This document shows, in pieces, positions 30,298-44,029 of a stretch of DNA of 64,000 bases. Below the pieces are notes generated by a model that saw only the letters and a list, made by a program, of their open reading frames with translations, was not told where the DNA came from and did no database searches. Position 1 is the first letter of the stretch. Each line of letters begins with the position of its first letter. The stretch covers positions 186,001-250,000 of the forward strand of contig NMRA01000464.1 in the NCBI GenBank assembly GCA_002633005.1, given 5' to 3'. The stretch is from Phoronis australis. Taxonomy: Eukaryota; Animalia; Phoronida. The position numbers and the translations under genes were made by a program.

Positions 30298-31690
30298 AAC
30301 AAGAACAGTGCGGAGCGTTGAAATGCGCCCACCAATGCACCACAAACGGTGTGCTTCTAGGGTTGTTTATTTGTTTCATAAAAATAGCCACTGAATGGCA
30401 CAAAAACATGCAATCCACCTGAAAGCAAAAAAATGCCATCGCTTCTTTAATAGAAAGCTATTTACCAAAGTTCATAAAAATCTGTCAAGGAACTTCAGAG
30501 AAACGGAGGAAAATGGAAAAAATGAAGGCGCCTAAGTAGTCAAATTCATTACAGTCAACCGCTTCTTCACACTGAGAACATACACGCCAATTTTCAAAAT
30601 CATCCTTAAAATGGTTTGGTTGATCGAGGGATGGATGCCAAAAACCAGACTCAAAAACAGGAAAAATTGCCACTAGGTGGCGCAAAGTATCTCGATTCCA
30701 TCAGAAAACAGGACGATAGCATCATCTCATCAATAGATGCCTATATTCCAAATTTTCTGAAAATCTATTGAGGACTTTTGAAGATACATAGGTAAACTTA
30801 AAAAACTAAAATTGCCACTAGGGGGCACCCCAGTAGTCAGACCCGTTCGAAAGTTGTTATCCATTGTGAACATGATATAAATACACTTGCTAAATTTAGC
30901 AAAGATCCAGCAAACGATTTGGGAGATATAGCCATGGGCGCAAAAAAACTGCCACTAGGAGGCGCCACAGTAGTCAAAGTCATCGGAAAATCATCGTCAG
31001 CTTCGTAAGAGCAAACATGCCAATTCTCACAATCATCCTTAGAGCCATTTGGCTGATAGAGGGTTGGACGCCAAAAAACATACCTGAAAACCGTAAAAAT
31101 GCCCATTAGGAGGCACACAATACGTCAAATCCATCTGAAAACGGGATGATAGCGTCACTTCACTAATAGATGCCTAAATGCCAAATTTTATGACAATACG
31201 TTGAGGAACTTTGAAGATACAGAGGTAAATGTAAAACAATGACATTGCCACTAACTAGGGGGCACACCGGTGGTCAGATGCGTTCCAAAGTCGTAGTCGT
31301 TTATTGTCATCATATAAATACACTTCCTAAATTTAGGAAAGATCCTGCCAATGGTTTAGCAGATACAGCCAGGGACAAAAAGCTGCCACTAGGAGGCACT
31401 ACAGTAGACGAAAAAGGCGGAAAATCGTCAGCTGTCCTCTTCATAGTAGAAACATACATGTCAATTTTCACAATCATCCTTAGAGTGGTTTAGTTGATAG
31501 AGGGGTGGATGCCAAAAACAGACTGAAAAACAGCAAAAATGGCCAATAGGTGGTGCAAACTTTGTCGAAGCCATCTGAAAACAGAGAGATAGTGTCACCT
31601 CACTAATAGATACCTATATGCCAAATTTTATGAAAATATGCTAAGAATCTTTGAAGATATAGAGGTAAGCGTAAAAAACTCGTTTTGTGC
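30298..31690 (+). repeat. Dispersed repeat with internal ~145-bp subunits carrying GCCACTAGG(G/T/A)GGC motifs
   Basis: AACAAGA head shared with copies at 39089, 47615 (reverse) and 63436; subunits form a ~435-bp higher-order trimer. Confidence 0.85.
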
Positions 31691-32050
31691 ATGCTACCAA
31701 GGACTTTTTGTAATGACTGGTGGCTTCAGTCACATAAAGAGCAATGCCAGAGGAACTAATCCGAGTTTGATATGTAGGCTCATGCACCGATCTGATACGC
31801 AATGAGTTTGCGGTAGGTTGGTCTTATCGTGCCAACCATCGAACTATTGCCAGAAGATTTTTAAAAATGACCAATCTTTGCAATTGATCAGATAAAAATT
31901 GCTCGATCTTGCTAGACATTGGAATGGAACTCAGTCGGCAGGATCGCGGCCTAGCATATTGTCCAGTATGCGATCACAGGCTGAAACTCAGTCACCGGGA
32001 TTGCAGCTGAGCATCGTGCGATATGTGACTAAGGCACAAGCAACTTTCAG

Positions 32051-32482
32051 TGCATGGTTGCATGAAACAGTCCCAAATAGGGATGGATTCATCTGAGTTC
32101 CCTAAATCTACTGCGTATTTGTGGACTTGTGAATACACTGATTGCCCTTTCTTTTACTGTTTTAAATTCATTAGTGAGTCAACTGTTGGCTTTGATACAA
32201 ACCGTGAGCGAATTCTACGCTGAATTCTCAATATTATCAAAAATAAAAAGGGATCTTTTCATGCAACGCCCCTAACTTAGGAACTAACCCCCTGTTAATT
32301 TTCTTTATACTCAGGGCTCAGCTTTTAGTGAATTTATTACAAAATGTCATTAGTCAGAGGAGCTCATAATAAGATATGATAGAACAAGATTACATCTGTG
32401 AGTAAAGAAAGATACAAAAGTGCGAAAGATGTAGCGAACTTAGTTGAGTCCCCTATTTGGGGCTGTTTCATGCAACCGGGCA
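32051..32482. mobile_element. MITE family A, copy 2 (opposite orientation to copy 1)
   Basis: Same TIRs and internal sequence; flanks CAG and CTG. Confidence 0.85.
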
Positions 32483-34269
32483 CTGGATCCTTAGGAAATG
32501 TAAAAATGACAGTTGCAGTGTTTTCGTGAACGAATTTGTGCAATTTATCACGCTGCAAAAGGTGCTCTTAGCCATTGTTTTCTCGTGCTTTGTACTTGAC
32601 CATTACTTATACGCTACTTGGCGGCGCTAATAGTAGCCATAACATGGCGGCGCTAATAGTAGCCATAACAGCGAACTCCCCAATGAATACTCCTACTATA
32701 TAGTGAACTCCTTGCTACAACTTGTTGCAAATAAACTTGTTCCAGCGCAAATGACCATTACAGTTGTGGCCTGCATACTGACTTTTGGCTAAAAATCAGT
32801 CTATGGATGACTTAATCCGTTTCACCAAATCAGCCTAAGGTTAGAAGTCGAAAAATCTTTCAACAACCCAAAGCCTATTCGGGCGCAGAGTGAAAGTCAC
32901 GGCTAACCGACAAAACATTTGGCTTAGAGACTTTTCAACAAACGAGCCTTAGAAGCAACGTCCACGAAGAAGAAATTGTCAGATTGCAGCTTACTAGTAG
33001 TGCTTACACTTTATACAGCCATTGTCCTCTTGTCATACTGCATACATTGTCATGTGAAGAGGTCCAGACACTGCTGGGGCTTGGCATAGCAAAATATATT
33101 AATAGCAAAATATATTAATAAGGCCGTCTCCATCACATAACACTTCCCATATTAATACTCACAAATTTACCACGACTTCTTCGATTTGCACAGGTTAACA
33201 CGTTCTATTAATTAAAGAGGGAAAGCAACTGTTTTCATGTTACTTTTCAGTGAAAACTCAAATTCCTGGTTATCTTGTAGAGACATATTTCCCAGTTTTA
33301 ATGTTCCCTTGGCAAGTAACAATCCATGGTATAATAGAAAGCCACGTAAACTACTTGACAAAAGGGCCCACATCTTGGCTCTGAATTCAGTTCCACTGAA
33401 CAAACATGAATGGCCTGCACAGACTGTTTTCAATAGGGAATATGACATCATGTTTCAATAAAAGTGAACCAGAACCAACATGCAAGATCATCACTGGAGA
33501 CCTTTATCATCAATTTTTATTACTTCATGGACAGCAAACACACACCTTTAAAACAGTAATTAACATGGAAATCATGGATGTATGCAAGCTAACCACAGAT
33601 CTGTATTTTCACTAAACATAAAGTAACATCAAAAACAGGTTCTTTCCCACTGAAGTAAAAGGGTTTCCAAAATTCCCTTACAGGCGGCATTCAGTCACAT
33701 TTCCAACACAAACAGGTCAGGTATGGACATTCTATATTCACAACACACATTCAAGACATTGGGTTCAACAATGTAGTGAATGACAGATGTTGAGTTTCTC
33801 AGACTGCAGGTGACACCATATTCACAGGCTATGTATTTAGATCAACAACACTAACCCACAGGTCAAGAATCAAAAGAGTCATTCTGCAGTCGTGAAAGCC
33901 ACACATGGCACACTATATGTCAAAACTAGGGTACAGCTATTTAGGCAACTATCACTCTAGGTCAATGAGGAAGTATTCACATGACAGGGAAGGTAACTAA
34001 AGCAATATTCAATGGAAAAGACAAATACCCTATCATGGTTTAGGTTAAGGGACAGCTTATGACTGTTATGGAGGGTTTATGGTAAAAGGCAGTTCATGAT
34101 GGTTTAGGATAACAGACAGGTTAAGATTGTTGTGACACAGGAGGTGCATCGTCCCTTTCCAAACCAAATGCAAGTGATACTATAATGCTGGTGACATATG
34201 ACAAGATAAAAGCATGGAAGTTTTGAGACATCCAGTTTAGAAAATATACAAAATTTGAATATTATACTA

Positions 34270-34463
34270 GAATTTGAAATAAAACTTACTAGAATTAGTG
34301 ACGTTGCGTCCGTCTCTCATGGACTTCAGGTTGGCTAAAAGTCCGTGAGAGACGAACATAACATCGCTAAATCTAGTAAGTTTTATTTCAAATTCAGCTT
34401 GGCTAGAAGTCCGTGAGAGACTGACGTAACATTGTTAACTCTAGTAATTTTTTTTTCAAATTC
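34270..34463. repeat. Hairpin-forming inverted repeat with a duplicated right arm
   Basis: GAATTTGAAATAAAACTTACTAGA... pairs with ...TCTAGTAAGTTTTATTTCAAATTC; the right arm recurs at about 34399-34463. Confidence 0.75.
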
Positions 34464-36473
34464 CAGGATCAGATTCAATTTTTTTCTGTAAGACTATAAA
34501 GCTGCTTCACTCAAAAGTACAGTGACCTCCACACTTTCACCAAGCATCATTTGCATTCTACACCATGCCAAAAGAAACCATTACACTAAGGTCCTTGCTG
34601 ATTAACAAAATTCAAATGACCAACATGCATGTCTCCAATTATTCTCTGAGGATGATCTATCGTAAGCTTCTAAATATGCATTTAGAAGCACTAATTGATG
34701 CCAATCTCGTAAGCAAGTTAATGACAAATTTCCCTAATTAATTATACCTGATGGAGCAGAAGCTTCACCCTGGACACATGCATAGATAGCACAATATTAA
34801 CACTGACATACTAATTCTAACTAATCTAAATTTACATGTGCCAGGTATATGGTAACTGAAAACGACTTCATAGAGGTGGTGTGTTGGGACCAAACATCAC
34901 ATAACCTTGAACGTTAGTAAACACCTCACCTAGTAATGGTAGCCATGAGATAATTTTATCCTGCATAGATGACACAAAATCAGGAAATACTTAGCCACTA
35001 ACAGGGGTCCCACATTTTGAGAACCAGTTTTCAGTCCTGAATAACAGGAAGCAATTGGTTTTCAGAATCTGGGAGCCCTGTAAGTGATTATTGCCCAAAA
35101 TCATGCACAGCCCATCTACAGTCGAGGGAGACCAGTCAGCGCAACTCAAGACAATACCTGCACTTATAGTACAGGTCCTAAGCATTGTAACATACATGGG
35201 AACGCATCCATCTGGCAGCACACAGCACAATGACGACATCACAGATTTTCAGTCATACTCCATGTTAGGTCAAAACACTGCCATTATCCCAGATTTTAAC
35301 ACATTATTAAGTCATTTGGCAAACACAAACAAGAATCCTGCAAAAAACTAAAAAACATTCAAACTCAACTAAAGTTTCATGCCAAATAAAAAGGACCACT
35401 ACCAGAGGTTGATTACACTACTAGTAATTTGTCAGAATTTTCCATAAAATAATTGTTAAAATGGTGTTTTTTGTTTTTCAAAGGTCGATAATATTGCTGC
35501 AAATAAGGGAAATTTTACCATATTTTGCTCAACGGTACAAACCATAATAATAACTTAATATATGTTAATAATATTTATTGTTGTTCAGAAAAAATCACTT
35601 TTCCAACACCACATGCGCTAAGTATGAGAGTTACTAAATAAAGGCCAAGGAAACAAATTTTCCAGCAATTTTGATTCTTTAACATGTTTTCACACCAAAG
35701 GCATTTAGTGATAAGACACAATTTAGTAAATTAATCTCAAAACTAGTGTACAAATGAAAACACAAACACTAATCACGTTTTCTTTACAGAATAATGTTGC
35801 TATGTATAAAAGACAGTAAGGTTAACTGAGCTACAGTTGTGGTTCAAAAACTCCAACTTCACGCTATAAATTGAAACAAACAGTGTTATAAAATGGAATG
35901 ATCTTCCACTGTTGAGTTGTGCCTCAACTTTGACAATGTTATAATGCGGGTCAGAGTTCGTGAGCAACAGAAGCAGAAGGGAAAACACTGTCTACGGTAC
36001 ACGAGGCCACATGCGTTGTGGTGAGTCAGTGCGGCTAACAGATGTCATATGGCGAGGAAAAGACTAAACAGAATAAGACTGTACACCTAGTGAACACGAG
36101 AATGCAAGCAAAGCAACAAGAGACACAAACCCATCCACAAGCCGTACCATAGTTGTGTGTGTCCAGGCTAAGAGCGCCAGTCACTGTTCAATGGATAAAT
36201 TGTGACAGAATCAAAAGGCGTTCGTGACATAATCGACTAACACGGATGCATCTCTTAATGACTAGCACTGGCTGTTCGAAATAACACGATTGTTCCATCA
36301 GCCAACCAATAAAAACACAATTTAAGTAAGTGCCAGATGTATCTAGAACTAAATAAAGATAATTACACGCAAAAATACGACCACTATGTAAAAAACAATG
36401 AAACACAATCAAAATTTCACCAATTGGCCTAAATTCATTTACAACAAGTCTCGAGTTTTAAGAGTTACCATAC

Positions 36474-36539
36474 CTTCTTGGCTGTATCTACACTCAGTAG
36501 ACCATCCCCAGGTTTGTTTACAGACTGGGACACTTCCAT
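36474..36539 (-). CDS. GPATCH8/ZNF804-like gene, candidate first coding exon (MEVSQSVNKPGDGLLSVDTAKK)
   Basis: Acceptor gtgttttgcag at 36577, ATG preceded by an in-frame TGA, AAG|gtatgg donor in phase 0. The five exons sum to 3882 nt with an open frame. Confidence 0.6.
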
Positions 36540-37394
36540 AGCTAGGCTTCCGTAAGTTCCCAGTCACTTGCTAAATCTGCAAAACACAAGTCACGGTTTT
36601 CTACCGTGGTTTTCCTCACACCGTCGTTTTCCTCATCAGACTTCCAGCATCTCACTCAGCGGGGCCACAACTAGCACACAACTGGTTATCAGCACACCTG
36701 TGGACAAGACACAATCTCATTGTGAAGTCAGACTTGAACACTGATAAGGTGAAACTGTGAGGTCCACTACACCACAACACTTCACCCCTGAGATTGATAA
36801 AACAACACAAAGGGAGTGTAGCCAACTATATCTGACTGGGGATAAGTAATAGAATAAATTATTGATGCGCCTGGAGGAAATCTGACTACACCAGCACAGC
36901 TCTGCACCTAATGGATAATTCATCACATCATCTCGGCTACAGCAGTTGTTAGCTTTACGCAAATAGATAGCAATGAAGGACAAGTATTGACCAATTTGCT
37001 AACTGACGCAAAGATCAATAAAGTACTGTTCAGTACGGGTCAATTTTGCAGCTTTTTTCAAAGCCACAAATACATGTGTGAGACGTTAAGATTTTACAAG
37101 GAACCTGGATGCTCTACTGAGAGAACCTTAGCATTGAGGCCACAATTCAACTTATTTCATCATGAAACTCAATTTTAGGAAGTCCTACCTGGAGTTTTTA
37201 CACAACAACTTGTAGAAATTAATGAGTTGGTTAAGTGTGAAATGGTTTATATCCAGCAATTAACTTCATAAAAGTATTATGTAAAGAAAAATTCTTAAAT
37301 AGCTTGGGTCAAATTTAAAAAAAATAATTGCTGACGTGCGCGGGCCGCACATGTGGGCCCATTTCACTGATCACCTTTATGCTTTATTGATAGT

Positions 37395-37523
37395 TAAAAC
37401 CGAGCTGAGGAGCTAGAAATCTGACTCAAAGGTCTAGCAGTGTGGCACAGTGGTACTCAAACCCCTGACCTTGAGTAAAGCCGACAGTGGGCACGTATCA
37501 CACTAGGCCACACTGCCTCCTCC
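37395..37523 (-). mobile_element. tRNA-derived SINE head or decayed tRNA
   Basis: Minus strand reads GGAGGCAGTGTGGCCTAGTGTGATA (A-box-like) and GGTTTGAGTACC (B-box-like) at tRNA spacing; no intact cloverleaf. Confidence 0.55.
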
Positions 37524-39088
37524 GCATGGGTCAAATAATCCTGGATTACATTTTTATATACATGTCAATTTCCCAACAAAACTACAAGAACTAAAGAACA
37601 GTAAAATTTATTCAATGGGTAGCATAGTCTCTGTGGTACAGCTGTCGTCAAACAGTATTTTGTAAAATGTTGAGGATTCGCTGACGACCAATCAGCAAAC
37701 AGAAACGGATTCAAAACATCTGTTTCTTTCAATTAATACCATACATTCTTCAATGATCGCAATGTTTTCAAAATCAGGGACCGCCAAAAATGAAAATTGC
37801 CAAAAAATACTAAGGCATGGCCAGTGAGAATATCTTAATGAAACACTCAAAAAACTTTTGACGAGCTAATTTGAAAATGAACTTTGTTGCTTGCTTTGTT
37901 GGTATGACACAGCTTCAGAAGCTTAATACATAACAGAAAATTTAAGTAGTTTAATCTACTGTTATTAACGGTAAAAGATTTGTAAAAATTGTTACCGTGT
38001 TAGTATTTATTTTTAAAACAAATTCAAGGTTATTTACCAAATCTCACAAAAAGCAGGCTATTGAAGCATTCAGAATGGTGGAGCTTTCTGCTCACATTAG
38101 TAATGCGTCTTGACTACAAGAAAAATCTTATTTAGCAATATTGTTGTTACTAGAATATATTTAATTTCAGTAATTGTTCTATGTAAAGTCTCCTCCACGC
38201 ACAGCCTACCTTAGAACAGCTTAATCCAATTTTAACTTGGGTAAGATGGAAAAAGTTTTACATTGCTTTCCGATGATATGGGATTAAATGGCCCTCAGAG
38301 AGAGGGCGGAAACATCGGACTCACCAGACTTGTAGCCTTTTCAAAAAGTGATTTAGCCATTTAACAACTAGGGAATGCTGTAGTTGTTGCTCTGTGGGTG
38401 ACAATGAACGCCTAATGCGAGTATGACATGCAAAAGAAAACCCGTCTGTATATAGCGGCATTTGATGATTACTTCCACCCTATCCCACTTTTGCGGCCAC
38501 ACAGCGATTACAAGTGGCGCAAGTTACCCCACCTTAGTAATGTGGAGTAAGTTGTCACAAGGGGGGGGGGCAAGTTCACTACTTTAAATAGCGTCCAGAC
38601 AGTACTCAAACCTAACAACTGGTTCCTGGAGTAACTTGTTCTAGGGTAAGTGCGTTTGGATGGCATTTACTGCAACGTTACCACATTTTGAGAACCAGTT
38701 TGATGCTCATTATTCAGTGGAAAAAACTGGTTCTCTAAATTTGGCCACTTTATACCCAACTATCACCTTGGTATATATACGAATAACTCCTTTAATTGTT
38801 ACTGTTGTGAATGGTTATCATGGTAAAACCCTTCCAGTTACTCGGTAATTTAACATTGTTTTTGCAGCTTTGAGTGTATCCGTTTTTGTGGTGTGCAATT
38901 TTGTATCTTTGACCTTATCTATTTTGTAGTATGCAGGAGTCATATAAATTGAAAGAAGACAGAGTGAGGTGAAAACTGATTCATGGCAAATTTTACTACT
39001 TGATCAAAAGGTGCTGCCACCTATTTTGAAACTATATAAGAGCAAGTGCGTGTTGATTCTAGGAGCTTGAGATCTTGACAAGACACTG

Positions 39089-39700
39089 AACAACAGCAAT
39101 GCAAAGCGTTGAAATGCACCCACGGCAGCAACGCAAACAGTGTGCTAACTGTGCTTCTAGGGGTGTTAATTTAATGGACACTAGAATACGTCAAATCCAC
39201 CCCAAAATGGATTAATGATCTTCTATGATCTCCATCGCAACAGATAATTGTTTACCACAGTTCAAAAAAACTGTTTAAGAACTCTGACGATACAGATGCA
39301 AAGATAAAAACTAAAATTGCCACTAGGGGTACAGCGGTAGTCAGAACTGTCTAAAAGCCGTACATAGCCATAACCAAATCTATAACATAAAAATAATTTT
39401 AGCAAAATTTAAAAAAGATCCTTCAAATGAGTATGGAGATAGATCCAAGGAAACAAAAAGTCAAATCTGTCTGCAAATCAATATGTTCCTATCAGAAAAT
39501 AAAAACGTCAGCTACATAGAAACATGTCCGCTAAATTTCTCAAAGATCCTAAAAAAGATTAATTAGACACAGTCGTAGACAGGAAAAAATGCCACTAGGG
39601 AGCGCCATAATATCAACGGAAACCATAGTCTTTTCATAAGTAACACATCTGCCAATTTTCACGATTCACCAAGTAGTTCAGTGGATAAAGCCTGCCAGAG
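39089..39700 (+). repeat. Diverged copy of the GCCACTAGG-motif repeat
   Basis: Head gcgttgaaatgcacccac...gtgcttctagggg and motifs at 39319 and 39591. Confidence 0.7.
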
Positions 39701-39806
39701 AAAACTACTCAGCTAAAAGACAAGTTTAGTCCTGGGGGTCGTTTGGCTATTTTTAGTTTTACCGTCCACTGTAATAACTAGAACATTGAAATAGGCTGTT
39801 TGTTAC

Positions 39807-39930
39807 CTGATGACATTTCAAAGTCACGAACATCTGCCGGGGCCTTGCGTGCAAACAGCGGGATCGACCAGTGGCAGAGGCGCCGTACAGGATTGCAGGG
39901 GTATTGCAATTGGATAATCAGGATGGCTTA
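39807..39930 (-). other. Candidate non-coding first exon and promoter-proximal region of the GPATCH8/ZNF804-like gene
   Basis: Locally GC/CpG-rich segment ending in CAG|gtaaca. The 5' boundary is approximate. Confidence 0.35.
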
Positions 39931-40725
39931 CATTAACAATAATTAAGTTTCTCCATTATGTTTCTACCACAAAGTTTGACAAGTTCATCGCTTATGAACT
40001 GGCAGCAGCATCACTGTATCATATTATGCCATGGTCCGAAACTTTTTTTGGCACATCCCGGCGAAAATTTGCAAAAGAAGTTGGAAATACTAGCCAATAA
40101 AGCACGTTAAAGATCAGTTCTGCATTATTCCATGTTCATGCGACATGTTTACAAATTACCGTGTGTGCTGTTCTCTGTAAATGTTGAATGTGATGTGGCA
40201 ACAAACAAATGACGGCTGGATTCACTCGAACTGCTTTATGTTTGCTAGGAATCTGCCGAGAAGTGCAAAAACTCAGTTCGCATACGTTGGAAATTCCAGT
40301 TCGCATGTTGCAACTTGATGCAAGCTGGCTAAAATCACAGCTCACGTAAGTTTAAATTATATTCCTCAACTGCAATCAACTAACACACTTCTCTTTTGAG
40401 AGTTTCAAGATACATTCAGTTCTGAAGCCGTGTTGTGAATTATCTGCCAAACATGCAACCCTACACAGATTTTTTTACAAAAAAGATTAACAGATCTCCA
40501 TTTTTGCAGTCTGGTGAAAATGCACACAGGCTGTAAGGAACAAACCTGTTATTAATGTTTGTTTCATTTTTTAACTTCCTTTAAACAAGAAAAAATCAAG
40601 CAAATGGTGTGTTAAAACGCAAGGAAAAATTACCTTTTTTACAGGAATTACAAATTTCCCTCACCAGGAGGAGGAAAACCCCACCCCCCCCTCCCCCCCA
40701 CCACCCCCCTCCCCACCACCCGAGA

Positions 40726-41916
40726 TAAAAGTGGCGTAAACGGGTCCCTTTTCAAAATGGCTACTGGGAAACAGTTTCACTCAATAACAGACATAGGCAA
40801 TGACCATCGCCTCTGTTGGCCCGAAGCAGAGGCGATGTAGAGGCTATAGGCGCTCTGTACGCCGGAAGATTTTCGGCGAATTATGCCTCGCACCCACTAA
40901 ACCATCAAAGTCACGTTGTTATAAATACCTTTTGCGCATAAAGGAACACCTTAGGAGGTTGTCGATGTGATTAATTCCTTCCAACTCGAACAAATACTCC
41001 CGTTATGAAACTTTTTCTTCGAGCAGTCCCTATTTCAGTTCCCAAAATCGTGAACTCACCATTTTTATACTGCGCACGCTCCAATTCATGACCTCAATCT
41101 TTAAATAGGCCAAAGGTGAGCCATTGCGGTCTTGTCAGTCAAATGTTCGTTTCCAAAATGCCACCACTTATACTTGTCTTTAATTGGCGTTACTTGAAAC
41201 TGATTGTATTTCAATGAATCATTGTTTGTATTTGATAAAAATAAATGCTGTTGATATGACATTTAATAGTCTTTGTGCACATATTTGACATTTTAATGTT
41301 TAACAACACGGCAAATGCACGGCTGGTTCCCGGCAGCACGTACGCGAAGGGCGGGAACTTCAGCTTTCAAAGTTCGCCGGTAGGTCCGCAACTTCTGACC
41401 TTCGGCCTGGTTAAAAAAATGAAAAAGTTGATTTCACGATTTTGGGAACTGAAATAGGAACTGCTCGAAGAAAAAGTTTCATAACGGGAGTATTTGTTCG
41501 AGTTGGAAGAACTTAAACACATCGACAACCTCCTAAGGTGTTCGTCTATGCGCAAAAGGTAGTTATAACAACGTGGCTTTGATGGTTTAGTCGGTGCGAG
41601 GCATAATTCGCCGAAAAGCTTCCGGCGTACAGAGCGCCTATAGCCTCTACATCGCCTCTGCTTCGAGCCAACAGAGGCGATGGTCATTGCCTATAACAGA
41701 CATTGCCTTTATTTAGTGAAAACTGCCTCCCGTTCAGTAGAGCTAGGACTTCGCTAAAGCAAGACTTCACGAGATTATGTGAGACATTGGCATTGCCGTA
41801 TATTTTAAATCAGAACAATTGACTTTGACTAGATTTTAGCTGCGTCCTAGCATTACTGAACACACACCTGGTTCTCGACAGACATTTTGAAGAAGGACCC
41901 GTTTACGTCACTTTTA
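40726..41916. mobile_element. Outer MITE (about 280 bp of own sequence) split by a younger insertion
   Basis: TIR TAAAAGTG(G/A)CGTAAACGGGTCC(C/T)T.TTCAAAATG at both ends. Confidence 0.75.
40794..41693. mobile_element. 900-bp foldback or Mutator-like element with ~270-bp TIRs
   Basis: Long inverted arms starting TAGGCAATGACCATCGCCTCTG; direct repeat TAACAGACA on both flanks (9 bp in the Mutator-like reading). Confidence 0.88.
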
Positions 41917-42567
41917 CCCCCAAAATGGCCACAGCTTGCCTTGAAGAGGAAAGTGGTGCATGTGCAAGCCAAAATTTCACAATGTTCCCAGGTCCCAGGA
42001 AAACTTTTATTTACAGAGACACCAGCCTTAAGGACACGTGTGGAAAATTGTCCTCTGACTGGCCATAATCAGCCAGGTGACTTGCTGCTGATAGAAGACA
42101 ATTCTCGACTCGGGAATGGGAGAGTAAAAAGTTACTTTTTGTGAATTTGGATTTGTAAACAAAAATGCGAAGTTTCGAAGATTTACTGGTTATCGTTCTC
42201 TATGGTAGTTGACGAGGAATGTACCCGGTAAGTTAGGCATCATGTAAAGGTAGACCAACGCAAGAAAAAGGCAAACTTACAAAAGAAATCATGAGCAACC
42301 ATAAACTTGGCGATCGTTTCTCATTCCTCAGTGATACAAAAGGTATCGCAGTCAGTGATTGGTTTAGGAGTACAGACGAAATACATGACGCTCGTGACCG
42401 CTTGTAATTTTAAATGACTTGTGTCAAATACAATTGACTATTTGAATAAAAATTTTTATTCGAATAATACTGTGGCAACTTTTAAATTTATGATTCTACT
42501 CTTTAAAATATTTTAAACTTTACTCACTTCGTCATTTTTGCACAGTAGGCTGCTTCCGGTGAAGATA

Positions 42568-42974
42568 CTGTGGTTGAACTTAGAATTGTGTGTAATCTCA
42601 AGATCGCGTACGCTTGAACTCGGAATCACCGTGAGAAACTTTGCAATTTCACTCAAATAACCATTTACGTTACAGAAGTTGACCTGAAAGAATTAAACCA
42701 CATTTTAAAACAATATAAATTTCAAGCAAGTTTCACTGTGATTGTCAACCATTGGCAATCTAATTGATCAAACAATAATTGATTAACAAATTGCATATTT
42801 CTCTGATTCTGACACTAGCTCCGATAAAGCAGAAAAAAAATGATTGTTGGGGCTCTGATTTGAAAAATTGTTTGCAATGAACAAACTTACTCCTGATTCC
42901 TTTACGCAATAAGTAATTCCAAGTTCACGCATACGCGATCTTGAGATTGAGTAAAATTCCAAGTTCACGCACAG
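42568..42974. mobile_element. Decayed MITE
   Basis: About 60-bp imperfect inverted ends containing AATCTCAAGATCGCGTA.GC.TGAACT.GGAAT. Confidence 0.6.
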
Positions 42975-43422
42975 CAGGGATTGAAAATCGCGAGGATTCG
43001 AGTGCTCCGCGAAAACTGGTAGAGTATATTTCTTCGTTTCACGATATATTTCACAATATCAGAGAGTAGAGGTTATGAAGAATCGAAAATCACTCTTTAC
43101 TGTGCTTGTGATTGATCATGGAACTTAATCATCGTTAATCAACGTTTAGTAGGGCAAGACACGTTTTAGAAATTAGACGGCGACTTTCCGATTTTGGTTG
43201 GGAACTGAACGAGGTAGTGCTCGAAAAAAAAGTTTGATAAGAGGAGTATTTCTTCAAGTTAGAAGGAGTGAAATACATCAAAGGCCTCCTAAGGTACCCC
43301 TATATGCTCAGAAAGTATTTATAACAACACGACATTGATATTGTAGTCAATGTGAGGCATAATTCGCCAGTAAAAGCTTCCGGCGTATGAAGCGCCTGTA
43401 GGAGCTCCACCGTTTCTACTTA

Positions 43423-43992
43423 GGGCTGTTCCAGCAAAATCTGTGTGGGAGGGGGGAAGGTAACTGAAATAAAAATTTATGGGTGGTTGCGTTTGATTTA
43501 AATTCAAAATGGCTGGTGGTCGTACTTCAAAAAAATAATAATTTACAGGTCGTTGTTGTTTCATTGGGCCATAAATGTTTGATGGTGGGTAATTTTAGTA
43601 AATTTTATAAACAATCCGCACAGAATCAAAAACTGAAACAAAAATGCAACTTGCAAAAAGCTCCGACTTTTTCACTCCCTCCGATCTCCTCATTGGCATG
43701 CCCTTAACACCATTTAACCACAGGTGCTCGAATTTCTCGATGGGTAATCACCATATATAAGAAACATATGTTTTCTTAGTAATGAATGACGTTAGTGGTA
43801 ATGGAGGAACCGATAAACTCAAGCGCCTGTGCTGTCAACCACAAGAACAAAAAAAATTACGGGTGGTTGCATTTCAAACTTATAAAAAATTACGGGTGGC
43901 AGGGTGAAGAAATAAATGAAAAGTATGGGTGGTGGGTGCGAAAAAAAGGTGCCTTCCCCCCCCCTCCCATACAGATTTTACTGGAACAGCCC
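43423..43992. mobile_element. Harbinger/Tourist-like MITE inserted in an older foldback arm
   Basis: TIR GGGCTGTTCCAG.AAAATCTGT.TGGGAGGGGGG; TTA on both flanks. Confidence 0.85.
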
Positions 43993-44029
43993 TTAGTACT
44001 GGGCCAGCTGGAGTCGGTGATCACTGTCT

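Noticed and set aside
37430-37523. Functional tRNA gene
   Set aside because: A and B boxes are present but stems are not intact; treated as SINE-like.
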